A stretch of DNA of 63,781 nt, the filler included, from Reticulomyxa filosa (taxonomy: Eukaryota > Protista > Foraminifera): the NCBI GenBank assembly GCA_000512085.1. It is 15 parts of 15 records of this genome, joined end to end, with 100 filler letters (N's around TTAATTAATTAA, not from the genome) between each part and the next. Parts side by side here need not be neighbours in the genome. Positions count along the whole stretch, not along the records: positions 51,708 to 54,208 come from ASPP01006500.1; positions 54,309 to 60,924 come from ASPP01019065.1; positions 61,025 to 63,781 come from ASPP01008937.1; 12 more parts are not named here. The stretch is one strand, 5' to 3'. Below the pieces are notes generated by a model, which saw nothing but the letters and a program-made list of their open reading frames with translations, was not told the origin of the DNA and did no database searches. Each line of letters begins with the position of its first letter. Position 1 is the first letter of the stretch. Positions 53,180 to 63,781 of the stretch are shown here, in pieces. A program made the translations under genes and the position numbers.

Positions 53180-54208
53180 TTATTGTCCATCGGATGTTTT
53201 TTGGTGTGTGGCCAAGTATTTTCTAAACTTGGCCCTATCTGCAACTCTCGGGAAAATGGCTTCTAAGTCCTTTTCTGTCAGATCTTGCAATGTATCGCCG
53301 GTTATACCATGTTCTTCAAAAACAGAATGGTATCTATCATACAATCCCAACTTCTCCAAAGCCGACAAGGCGGTGTCCTCGATCGCACCTTCTGCACCAT
53401 TATTGACACCCGTGTTACCTCTCTTTCGATTTTCTGCATTCTGGCCGTTTTCTGGTGCAATCTCATCAGCAGGTTGAGGTGTGACATCAGATCCCCGTAT
53501 GGTGGTGATGACCTCAGATTTCGGAGGCAATGAAATGTTGCCTTCAGTTTCACCGTCCGTGTTTTGATGGTCAAACAGTTGCTCTGAATCAGAATCATTG
53601 CTACCAGCGCGTTTTTTGTTCACAATCGTTGAAGGAACGGCTATTAACATTCATCATTTTGCGTTTAAAACTCACAATAACAAATAAAAAAAAATTGCAC
53701 CATGACATGTAAAAAAAGAGGGGGGGGAAAAAAAAATGAAAATTTCTTCGATGAAAAAAAAAGCATTAGTACCATTTGTGACGGAAACATGTTGTGCAAG
53801 TTCAACAGCCTCTCCGGTCACAGAGCCAAGGGTTCTGGTCAGCTGAGGTTCGGTATCTGCAACAGTTTCGGCAAGAGCGATGACCGCTCGTGTTTGCTCT
53901 TCGATTTTAGATTCTTTTCGCTTCGCGGCATTGCGTTTGCGGCAGCACCAGCACGCCATGACGATGGCGAGTACCACAATAGCGCCAGCAAGTGCGTAAA
54001 GCAAGGGTTCAATGCTGTTGAACAGAGACTTTTTCGATTTGCCGTCGTTCAAGGTTTGCTGTTCTTTGGCAGTTGTGTTCGCGAAGGTGGGGGAACGCGT
54101 GGGTGCCAAGGTTGTGGGTGCCAAGGTTGTGGGTGCCAAGGTCGTGGGTGCCAAGGTCGTGGGTGCCAAGGTTGAGTGCTTGGAAGGCGATTGAGAAGGG
54201 AGTTTGCT
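53180..54208 (-). CDS. Single-pass membrane protein: PTTLA-repeat stalk, TM helix, cytoplasmic SAM domain (5' partial)
   Basis: (APTTL)n, TM LLYALAGAIVVLAIVMACWCC followed by RKR, and SAM LEKLGLYDRYHSVFEEHGITGDTLQDLTEKDL. Confidence 0.82.
54099..54173. repeat. 15-bp tandem repeat x5 (coding)
   Basis: gtgggtgccaaggt(t/c) units. Confidence 0.95.
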
Positions 54209-54308
54209 NNNNNNNNNNNNNNNNNNNNNNNNNNNNNNNNNNNNNNNNNNNNTTAATTAATTAANNNNNNNNNNNNNNNNNNNNNNNNNNNNNNNNNNNN
54301 NNNNNNNN

Positions 54309-54345
<37 letters not shown>

Positions 54346-54379
54346 TGGATGGGTTTGAACATTAACCCATTTTGGACAG

Positions 54380-55690
54380 TTAACTGAACTGGACAAACTA
54401 TCAGTAATAGGGGTTCAACAAATTGATCGCGTTGTCGAAGTGGTAGATGAAACATTGAAAGGAAATAGTGTGCGCCTATTGGGCGAAAAAAAAATTAAAG
54501 ATGAAACAGGCAAGCGCACAAAAAGAAAAGCAGGAGGGGCAGATTTATCTTTACCAAAGATACGTAAAAATGAATTCATTGAAATAATACCCATTAACAC
54601 TGGATGCTTAAATCAATGCACCTACTGCAAAACCAAACATGCTCGAGGAGATTTGGGATCTTACACTGTTGCTGATATTGTATCACGCATACGACAAGTG
54701 AGAGAAGATAAACAAGTGAAAGAAATATGGCTCACTAGCGAAGATACTGGTGCTTATGGCTTGGATATTGATACTAACATAAGTGACCTACTCGAAGAGA
54801 TTTGTCATGTCTTAGATGAAGATGGAACGGATGTGATGGTAAGGATTGGTATGACTAATCCTCCTTACATTTTGAATCATTTGGAGACCATCGCCAAAGC
54901 ACTAAACCATCCCAAAGTTTATGCCTTTTTACATATTCCTGTCCAAAGCGCATCGGACAAGGTGTTGAACGACATGAAGCGCAAATACACAGTCAAAGAT
55001 TTTGAAACAGTGGTTGAATACATGCTTGATCATGTACCTAGGATACACATTGCAACAGACATCATCTGTGGCTTTCCGACTGAGACCGATGAATGTTTTG
55101 ACAAAACCTTGGAATTAATAGAAAAGTTCAAATTTCCGGCAGTCAATATATCACAGTTCTACTCCAGACCCGGAACAATCGCAGCACGAATGAAAAAACT
55201 TGACACAAAAATTGTGAAAGACAGAAGTAGAAGGCTTACAAAGTTGTTCAAATCCTATATACTATTTGGGGACAGAATTGGAGAAATTCACAATGTCTTA
55301 ATCACTGAAAAAGCTAAAGATAACTGGCATTTTGTTGGACACAATAAAACATATGATCATTTTCTCGTGGCTCCATTGGAGACCGAAAATAATATGATTG
55401 ATTTGATGGGACTTTGTGTTGAAGTTGAAATTGTGAGTGTAGGCAAATATTTCATCAAAGGAGATTTGACTTCTTCTTGTCAAAAACAGCTAATACAAGG
55501 AATTTGGGACAAAACTTTTCATTGTCCAACTGGTTGTTTAGATGGTAACACAACACAAAGGTCAAATAATAATATTTTGGAAAATTTTGGTGCGTATTTT
55601 CCCTATCTTCGGCTTCTTTTTGTATTTTCAACAACTATCTTTACTTTGTTTGTTGTTGTGTTTGGACGTTTTGATGTTAACTTGCATTAA
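54380..55690 (+). CDS. CDKAL1: Threonylcarbamoyladenosine tRNA methylthiotransferase (last exon; 5' partial)
   Basis: GVQQIDRVVEVV, radical-SAM GCLNQCTYCKTKHARG, RIGMTNPPY, ATDIICGFPTE, a TRAM domain and a C-terminal TM helix. Confidence 0.95.
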   Translation, partial: LTELDKLSVIGVQQIDRVVEVVDETLKGNSVRLLGEKKIKDETGKRTKRKAGGADLSLPKIRKNEFIEIIPINTGCLNQCTYCKTKHARGDLGSYTVADIVSRIRQVREDKQVKEIWLTSEDTGAYGLDIDTNISDLLEEICHVLDEDGTDVMVRIGMTNPPYILNHLETIAKALNHPKVYAFLHIPVQSASDKVLNDMKRKYTVKDFETVVEYMLDHVPRIHIATDIICGFPTETDECFDKTLELIEKFKFPAVNISQFYSRPGTIAARMKKLDTKIVKDRSRRLTKLFKSYILFGDRIGEIHNVLITEKAKDNWHFVGHNKTYDHFLVAPLETENNMIDLMGLCVEVEIVSVGKYFIKGDLTSSCQKQLIQGIWDKTFHCPTGCLDGNTTQRSNNNILENFGAYFPYLRLLFVFSTTIFTLFVVVFGRFDVNLH

Positions 55691-57104
55691 TAACTATATC
55701 TAAAGGCACAATGCACACGAAATATTCAATATAGCAATAATTCTTCTTGTGTGTCAACAGATCGGAAAATTGCAAAATTATCACCTGATGTATATCATGT
55801 GAAAAAACATTGATTTTGGCCAACCTAGAAAAAAGTTATTATAAAACTAATTTCATATTTAAAACTGTAAAATATGTAGATATTTTTAATAAAAAAATTC
55901 GTGTGTAACAGCAAAAAAAATGACTCAGATTTATAGTATTTTCCAAAGAAGAGAAAAACGAGAGAAAAAAGTAAGTTGTGAGATGAGTTTTGGGAAAAGG
56001 GATTTCAAGGTTCAATTGACCGTTGACATTAAACATGCCTTTTCCTACAAAAGGATGTGTGATTGATAATGAGAATAAGGTATTCAAAATAACAGTAGAA
56101 AAAGTGGTAATGAAGATAATGTTTGCAGACTAGAATATCAAAATGAACGATTAAAACAAAAATCAATTGGAATTAACATATAATTATTATCGAAAGTAGA
56201 CCATAACAATGTATTGAAGTTACTGTCTTATAACAAAGATACATAATATCCAGAAATCGATGGTAAGATAACACTTTATATGTATATTCGTTAGAACGTC
56301 TGTAATTAATAATTGTTTGACTACTTAATGTTTTCCAGATATTTTGTCGAATATTTAGCGTTCGTATTTCCACTAATTGATTGACTGTTTATATTCTATT
56401 CATATCATGTGATTTGCGCAAATTGTACATTAAATACTTTATCTTAAAGTTTTTGAAATTTAAAATATATGCAATTTGGATTCCAATGAATTAAATGTGA
56501 AATTGAAATATGTAATTAAAATAAATATGTTTAGTATATTAACTTTAACAATTCTGTTATTCCATTAGCGCAAAGATCATATCAACATATATTAGCAATG
56601 CAAATAGATATTTATAATATTTCAACAAAGAAAGAAACATTAAAATGCTTTTGTTAATTGTTTGTTTTTTTCAGAATAACAGTAGTTTCTTGAGCAGTAC
56701 ATGATATTACCACAAGACAATAATTATAACAAAATACACTGAACACACCTTGTGTATTATTGAATGAACATGATAATGAGCATAAATCTAGTGTGTTATG
56801 AGTTTCTGTGCCGATATTAAAAGTTTTGCGTTATGTTTACAAACGGCTTCTTGCTGCTTTTTAGTTTTAATTTTTTATAACAACTCTTTGTATTTTCAAG
56901 TAAAAGGAACAATTTTGTGATTGAATTGCTGTTTATTTCACAAATGAAAATTTTTTATTGTTCTACATGCAATCATTTTACGATAACAATAACGCCAAAT
57001 CATGCAAAAAATGTTTGTCATTTTGTTTTTTTTTAATTTGTTTGAGTAAAACAACAAACAAAACAAAAGAAGCTGCGAAAAAAAGTAACAAATTAAGGGA
57101 CTTT

Positions 57105-58388
57105 TCAAGAAGAAAGCAGAGAAGCCAAATAATCAAACACTTTTTTTTGGTCGTCTCCATTAAGTATTAATATCTCTTGCAAGATTTGATCGACACTTCG
57201 TGAGTGTGGATGAACAAAAGCTTTACGATAATAATAGACAAATGCCGACATAAGTATTTGACAATCCATGCGGTCAGTGATTCCTCCGTGTCCGGGAATG
57301 GAGTCCCCAAAATCTTTAATTTTGAATGCTCTTTTAAACCCTGACGCGAAAAACCCTCCAAAGGGGGCAATGATGGAAGCAAACATTGCAAAAAAAACGG
57401 CGTGGATTTGAATGGGCGCCAGTTTCCATGTTTGCCACGATTCCAAGTTCAAATGGACCAAAACATTGGCAATGTGAGGAGGTAATGTATAATCGACAGG
57501 AACAAAGACGGGATCAGGACGACAATGCGGGATGTCCCAAGACAATCCGTGCTTTGGACAAAAGAAAAACTCGTGTTGTATAAAAGAACGAGCCAAAAAG
57601 GCGGACATAATAATTGTGCAAATACCACCCCCAACAGCTCCTTCCCATGTCTTATTGGGTGATAATTCAATGAGACGCGTTTGTCCTATAGTTGCACCGA
57701 CCATGTAGGCAAAAATGTCATTAGTGATTATTAGAAATCCTGGCAATAAAAACCATATCATTCCATCAGACAAATTCCACAAAGTGAGACTACTCAAAGC
57801 AATAATCGCAAATGCGGTAACCAGACACCATGCCAGCTGCTTAAATTGATAACGGTAAAAGCCTGGTTTTAATGCTATCACAAACATTACCACGCCAATG
57901 CAAAGCAAACAAAAACACACAAATGTGTGACTGCGAAGCAAAAACCGAATAAATGGTGCTATCGATTGCATTGAATCTTCTTCTGCAAGTGCTGTTAGTA
58001 GCCATTGTCCATATAAATAGAACAAACATCCAATCAGAATTAACCAATGCAACAAATAAAAGTTTGGTAATTTGATATCAATGCGCGGTTTTGCGCCCAA
58101 ACACGCAATTTCTCGAAATGCAAACACTTGCAAAACACCAATTAAAATTGCTGTACAAGTGTGTCCTAAATAGATAATTCCAATAAACGAAAATATCATT
58201 GCCCAGGTCGATATAAAGCGTACTACAAATCTTTTCCAATCAAATGACTTGCTTTTTGGTTGAGTGGCTTCAGTTTCTTTCTCTCTGTCTGATTCTTCAT
58301 CAATTGAATCTTCACCGCTTGCATCATCTAATTTGTCGTCTGCGTTTCCTTTTGTGCTCATTTTTCTACGGCGAAGTTTGGAATCCAT
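57105..58388 (-). CDS. CDS: Phosphatidate cytidylyltransferase (CDP-DAG synthase)
   Basis: NDIFAY, LSPNKTWEG and FASGFKRAFKIKDFGDSIPGHGGITDRMDCQ, with multiple TM helices. Confidence 0.97.
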   Translation of the reverse strand: MDSKLRRRKMSTKGNADDKLDDASGEDSIDEESDREKETEATQPKSKSFDWKRFVVRFISTWAMIFSFIGIIYLGHTCTAILIGVLQVFAFREIACLGAKPRIDIKLPNFYLLHWLILIGCLFYLYGQWLLTALAEEDSMQSIAPFIRFLLRSHTFVCFCLLCIGVVMFVIALKPGFYRYQFKQLAWCLVTAFAIIALSSLTLWNLSDGMIWFLLPGFLIITNDIFAYMVGATIGQTRLIELSPNKTWEGAVGGGICTIIMSAFLARSFIQHEFFFCPKHGLSWDIPHCRPDPVFVPVDYTLPPHIANVLVHLNLESWQTWKLAPIQIHAVFFAMFASIIAPFGGFFASGFKRAFKIKDFGDSIPGHGGITDRMDCQILMSAFVYYYRKAFVHPHSRSVDQILQEILILNGDDQKKVFDYLASLLSS

Positions 58389-58699
58389 AATGACAGTAGT
58401 TTTTTTTTTTGGTGAGAATTTCGTTAGTTTTACAAGTGTTCCCTTTGACAACAAAAACGATGGTGATTTATGTAATGTTGGGTATAACATGAATAAATTA
58501 TCAACTAGAGCACTGTCAAATAGGTACATAACCGAACGTCAAACTCAAAATAAACCCTTCAACTGTGCAAGAGATGTCATGCTTTTCACAGGCTAATTTT
58601 CAATAAAAAAAAGCATATAAACAAAAAAAGAAAAGAACTATGTCACGAGTTTTTTAAAAAAAATTTGTCTTCTATGTATTTATTTTGTTTGTCCATCAT

Positions 58700-60924
58700 T
58701 TAATAACAGTCTTTCCAGTAAATGTTTTTGTCACTCAAGCAAAAACAATCGCTCAAGTCATCGTGTCCCAGTTCACGCAAACAACTTGTATAAACTTCGC
58801 AATAAATGCTCGACTGAATATGACATTCCAATTCGTAGTCCCTGCGACACTCAACAGTTTCGATCAAGCCCTCATGAGTGTCAATCCTGGGAACAAGATC
58901 TCTCTGCGAGTAAAGTGAAATACTTGTTCTTTCAATGGGCTCAATTTCCACGCCAAACTTGCGAGAGCTATAGACCAGGCCTGGACTGCTTAATCCAAAG
59001 CTGAATACTTCTTTGTGCGTGGCTGGTATGGTGTCAAAGAGTTTTGCAGCGATAATTTGTGCTAAAGCACCGCCTAAGCTGTGTCCAACGACTATTAACG
59101 TACGATTTTTGGTGTCGGTGTAATTCTGTGCAATGTCATTTAGTTCGTTCAACAAATGTGAGTAATAAAATCGTTTGCGCACTCTTTCGTCGATCAGGAA
59201 ATCGCCAAACGCAGCATAGTAAACAGCATCTCGCAAAGATTGTTTCTATTTTTGTAGATGAAATGGGAACAAGTTGTTGTTGTTTTAAAGAAAATGAGAG
59301 GGAAAAAAAAAAAAAAAAAAAAGTTGGGTTAACTGAACTGGCAATACAGTTTCAAGTGGAATAAACCAAGAAAAGATGTTCAAAGTGACAACTTCGCTAA
59401 AAAGTGCCAAGTCTTGCATTAAATCTTCGAATGACTTGGTTCCTCGAATAACCATAATGTCTAAATCTTCGGAGTTGTGTCTCACGTAATAGTACACAGG
59501 CTCTTTGGTCTGATGAAAGACCATGCTCCACGGAGATGAGTTATTGTAATAGCGAGTGAACTGAGCATCAAAGTGTTCGTCAGTGTCATAATGGTAAATG
59601 GTTTCTGCTAAGAACCTGTTTAGAAACGTGTGACAAAAGATGGAATAATAAATGTAATCCTTTTAGTTGTGAGTGAATCGATAGAAAGACAGCGCAAGAA
59701 AACTCAACATCAAATCGACAGTGGTTAAATTGCCAGCGTAGCTCATTCTGCAAATTGGGATACTGTGGTGCAACGTCCTTTCCGTCGCTATTGACATAGA
59801 CGGAATGACGATAGCCCGCTCCATTCTCTCCCGAAAAACGTGAGAGCACAGTGAAGCCCACCAGTGCCAACAACACAAATGCCACCAGCAACAATGAGAC
59901 AATGACTTCAACTCCATAATGGATAACAACGCTCCACCAGTCTACGACCGTCTCGTGAAACAAGAAATGATCATACGACGACGCCATTTTCCACAAGTGA
60001 TAGCTGCCAATCCTCACCGTTGCCAATTCTCGGTAGTCGTCGACTTTGTCAACGACGTTTTCATAAATGTCGACACTGTTAAAACGCAATGTTCCGTCGA
60101 TCGGTGAGTTGGGCGATGTCATGGCAGCATCACGTGTAATTTCGTCTTCGAGCGTCACAGGTCCGGTGCTTTCGCCTGGCTTATGTAGTCCAGGTTTGTT
60201 GGTAATTACAATCGTCTTTTCATTGCTTTTGGTTTGCTGTATCTCTATTTCTTTTGTCTCTTCCTTGTCTTTGTCTTTTTTTGGTGTGACTTCTTCGTTC
60301 TTCGTATCTTGTCCCACTGTCGATGTCATTTCCGCTGTTAAAACATGTCAGATAAGAATACACACACACACACACACACATACACACACACGTTAAATGG
60401 AATTGCCATAAAGTCACAAAAGCATCACACAAACAAAACAAAAAAAAAAAAAAACGTACAAAGTGTGGATGCAGGACCAGCGGTGGTACTCTTTCGTGAT
60501 CTCTCGAATTCATATTTGGATTGCGTTCTCAATTCTTCAAATACACGCACACAACATCTTACTTTTCCTTCCGATTCCTCCCAATATTTTGCTGGCAATT
60601 CAAGCTTTTGCAAATGCAGATGTCGTAATGTCAACTTTTGATTCTGCCGATTTTTTAACAGTTTAAACAAGGTGTAGTTTCTTCCTGAAAATAATTCAAA
60701 CAATCGCGACGAGCCCAATCCTCCAAACACCAATTGGAAATACGCACACAATAACAACACCCCGGACAATGCCAACACAGGCTAGCGTTATTTATGTGTG
60801 CAGTCAAGCAAATTCATCAAACACGTATCTTTTTTTTTTTTTTTGGACGCATTAACTAAGGCCATCAGGACTCCCACTATTATCGATATAACACCACCAC
60901 CCACCAAAAAACAATATATACAAA
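58700..60924 (-). CDS. Class 3 lipase with multi-TM N-terminal region (multi-exon, 5' partial)
   Basis: VIRGT, VGHSLGG, DLVPRID and C-terminal H (ECH), with upstream hydrophobic exons on the same strand. Confidence 0.85.
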
Positions 60925-61079
60925 NNNNNNNNNNNNNNNNNNNNNNNNNNNNNNNNNNNNNNNNNNNNTTAATTAATTAANNNNNNNNNNNNNNNNNNNN
61001 NNNNNNNNNNNNNNNNNNNNNNNNATAATAATAATAATAATAATGACAATGACAATGATAATGATAATAATAATAACAA

Positions 61080-61690
61080 CAATATTGAAAAACTACAATT
61101 GCAATCTGGTCATCGTCCTCCTCTATCGGCACATATTTCCTTGCCTCTTCGAATGGCCTCTCATCTGGATGAAAATGAGCGACACAATGGCCATGAAGAC
61201 AAGAAACAGAAACTGCATGTTCCAAAGTTCGCCGCACTCGAATCCAATCCCAACGACGTATACGCACAGGCCGAACACATCCTGGAACAATTTGTGGCTC
61301 CAAACAGTCCCCACGAAATCAACATCAGCGGAAATATGCGAAAAAAAATGCTGCAATACCATCCTGGATCGCAACTGTCCAATGGCCGAAATATTCGTCA
61401 GTTGAAGCCCCAAGAATTGCTGCTCTTCTTTGACGGTGCTTTCAAAGAAACTTTTTCTTTATTGGGGGACCCTTTGCAAAGATTTTCGTCTTGGGAAGTT
61501 AATACTAGTTTTTTTCCTCAATCAATCACAAATGAATTTATATTCTAATTCTTGCAAAATATATCTCTTATCCTCATACTTTGTGCACAACCAGGAGTTT
61601 CAAATGTTTGCCACCGTCGTCAAAGAGAGAAATAAACGTCGCCATGCATTATGTCCAATGATTTTTAACTTGTGTTGTCTCAGACCTTAA
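61080..61690 (+). CDS. RGS-domain protein, 3' end (intron ~61498-61593)
   Basis: AEHILEQFVAPNSPHEINISG..FFDGAFKETFSLL.DPLQRF..EF matches the RGS C-terminal helices. Confidence 0.85.
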
Positions 61691-62153
61691 ACCTTCTGTC
61701 TTCCTTTCACTTTCTTGTAATCTTTTTTTTTTTTTTTTTTTTCTTTTTGTTGGGCGAGGTTTCATTTTTCCATAATTACTGTTCCAATATTCGAACATCA
61801 GATAAATAATAACAATAAAAGACTTGTCTTGGTTGTTTTTTTTTATAGTTTTGTTGTGTTAATCTTTATTTTTTACATTTTTTGTTTAGACTGGCGTGGG
61901 AAGATAAATAAAAAAAGTATGCTAGTTCTTGTCATGAGATACTGTTTTTGTGGATTTGAGTCAATTGCACGAGGACGAAGTCTCTCAGGTTAAGAATTTA
62001 ATTCAAATTTGATTATATCTTGACACGACTCGTGCACTTTACAATACTTCCATTATATATTTTAGCTAAACTCTCTTCCAAGGCACCGTCAAACGTGTGT
62101 TAAGTGAACTCACGTACTTAAAAAAAATTTTTTTTTGGATTAATTAAAGAGCA

Positions 62154-63632
62154 ATGGTTCTTCGTGGTAGTAATACTCATCCTCAATATGACCTGTTTGA
62201 AGTCACACAGGCAATAGAAACCGCGCGACAATATATAAAAGAAACAGAATTGGAACGCAAGGAGTTAGAACACGAACTGGCAGAAGTGATCCACGAAGAA
62301 GTGTCACACTTAAGGGAAGGGGAACATACCAAAGTAGAAACGAAAAGCACAAAATTTAATGATGTAAAAATGGTGGAGAACAAAGAATTGCAAATTCCAC
62401 AGGACCTGACGAACGCAATCCGTATATTGGTGGATCGGCTGGACGATTTGGAAAAGAAACACGATAAAGCAGAGACAATGTTAGTTACGTATCGCCAAGA
62501 GCTTAAAGTAACCTGTTTACAATTGCTTTGCGGGGGTGTTGCTGGCGCAACCGCCCGAACGGTCGTTTCACCTATCGATCGAATTAAATTGCTTATTCAA
62601 ACCGCACGTGTGAGAGAAGAGCAGCCAAAGTCAATGATCGCAACCGGTTCTTTTTTAAAAAAAAAAACAAAAAACATAAAACAACAATCCAAAGAAAAAA
62701 AAAAGTGCGAAATTGATGGAAAGTTCAAAAGAGGGAGGAAAGGATTTTTTTTTAAAAAATAAGAATAATTATTAATGAAATGTAGTAATAATAATAATAA
62801 TAATTTGAAAAGGTGCATTTGAGATAAAAAAGAACGGGATTCGATCTCTATGGCGTGGGAACTTGACGAATTGTGTACGAGTATTTCCTTATGCGGCCAT
62901 CCAATTTGCGTCGTATGATCGATACAAATCATGGGTAGTGGACTGGTGTGAACGTCATAACCGCGCTTTCGGACATTTGGAAAGACTGACCGCTGGAGCT
63001 TTGGCCGGTGGCACAGCAGCAACGTTGACATATCCTTTGGATGTGATGAGGCTCGTTCAAGCCGTCGTACCTGAAGCAAAAGGCCCTTCCGAAGCGATTC
63101 ACTATATTTACAAAAATGGGGGCGTTCCTGCCTTTTTTAAAGGATGGGTGAGTTTTTTTTTTCCTACCCTTTTTTAGTATCTTCCCCTCCCCCCCTTCCT
63201 TTTTTTGGTGATATGTTTCCCTTTTTTTTTTTTTTTTTTGTACAGGTACCAACAGTGATGTCACTTGCACCATTTATTGCAATCAACTTTGCGACATTCG
63301 ATTATTTGAAACAAACCTTTTTACCAGAAGGAAATGTAAAAGGCTCCAATTCGCTGCTTGTGCTGGGATTAGGTGCAACAGCTGGACTGGTTGCTCAAAG
63401 TGTTTGCTATCCGTTAGATACTATTCGAAGGGTGATGCAAATTCCTGGCGCCAAATATGTTGGAATTGTGGACTGTTTCACCAAAATTATTCAAAAAGAT
63501 GGCCTTATCGGAATGTACAGAGGTATGATCCCTAATGCGGTTAAAATTGTTCCAAATAATGGTATTCGCTTTTGGGTATACACTCATTTGACCACCTATC
63601 TCAATTTGCCCAAGAAAGGAGGAGGTGACTAA
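62154..63632 (+). CDS. Mitochondrial carrier (SLC25; CoA/adenine-nucleotide carrier-like); exons 62154-62646, 62813-63147, 63246-63632
   Basis: Three Px[DE]xx[KR] motifs (PIDRIK, PLDVMR, PLDTIR), WRGNLTNCVRVFPYAAIQF, and an N-terminal coiled-coil extension. Confidence 0.93.
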
Positions 63633-63781
63633 ATATCACCTGCCTATCAAAAGGCTAAGTAATTGCAAATTTTCTTGAGGTTCCCTTGGTTGACTTGTAA
63701 AAAAAAATAAATAAAAAAAATGGAGGGATGAAAACTAAATAATTGCGAAAAAAAAAAAAAAGAAACGTTTACTTTTTTTAC

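Overview
This is not one locus. It is 15 contigs concatenated with 14 identical 100-nt linkers (N44-TTAATTAATTAA-N44). Fourteen contigs are AT-rich, intron-containing eukaryotic DNA. Their gene content (WD40 proteins with a 'WIRIL..K.GWI.D.DKIV.KY' N-terminus, TRAF-zinc-finger/WD40, NACHT, divergent actin) resembles a rhizarian/foraminiferan such as Reticulomyxa; this taxon call is inference, not verified. One contig (33762-35294) is GC-rich bacterial DNA carrying glutamine-dependent NAD synthetase, tRNA-Ser(GGA) and an adenine/adenosine deaminase. Recognisable eukaryotic genes include GTP-PEPCK, PABPN1, DNAAF6/PIH1D3, a tandem cytochrome-b5/MAPR protein, an ankyrin protein, a kinesin tail, a cNMP-domain protein, actin, WD40s, NACHT, PH, mucin-TM-SAM, CDKAL1, CDP-DAG synthase, class 3 lipase, RGS and a mitochondrial carrier. 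Structures missing from the ORF track are two Tc1 relics with long TIRs, a ~210-bp LTR family with a tRNA primer-binding site, RNase H-bearing LINE relics including a tail-to-head fusion, and a ~750-bp inverted repeat containing a micro-inversion. I cannot demonstrate a wholly new system. The best leads are a CaaX-terminated short kinesin, a CC1-box-like coiled-coil (candidate dynein adaptor), the NACHT plus TRAF-WD40 immune-like pair, and A-rich, possibly self-pairing introns. All alignments and translations were done by eye.
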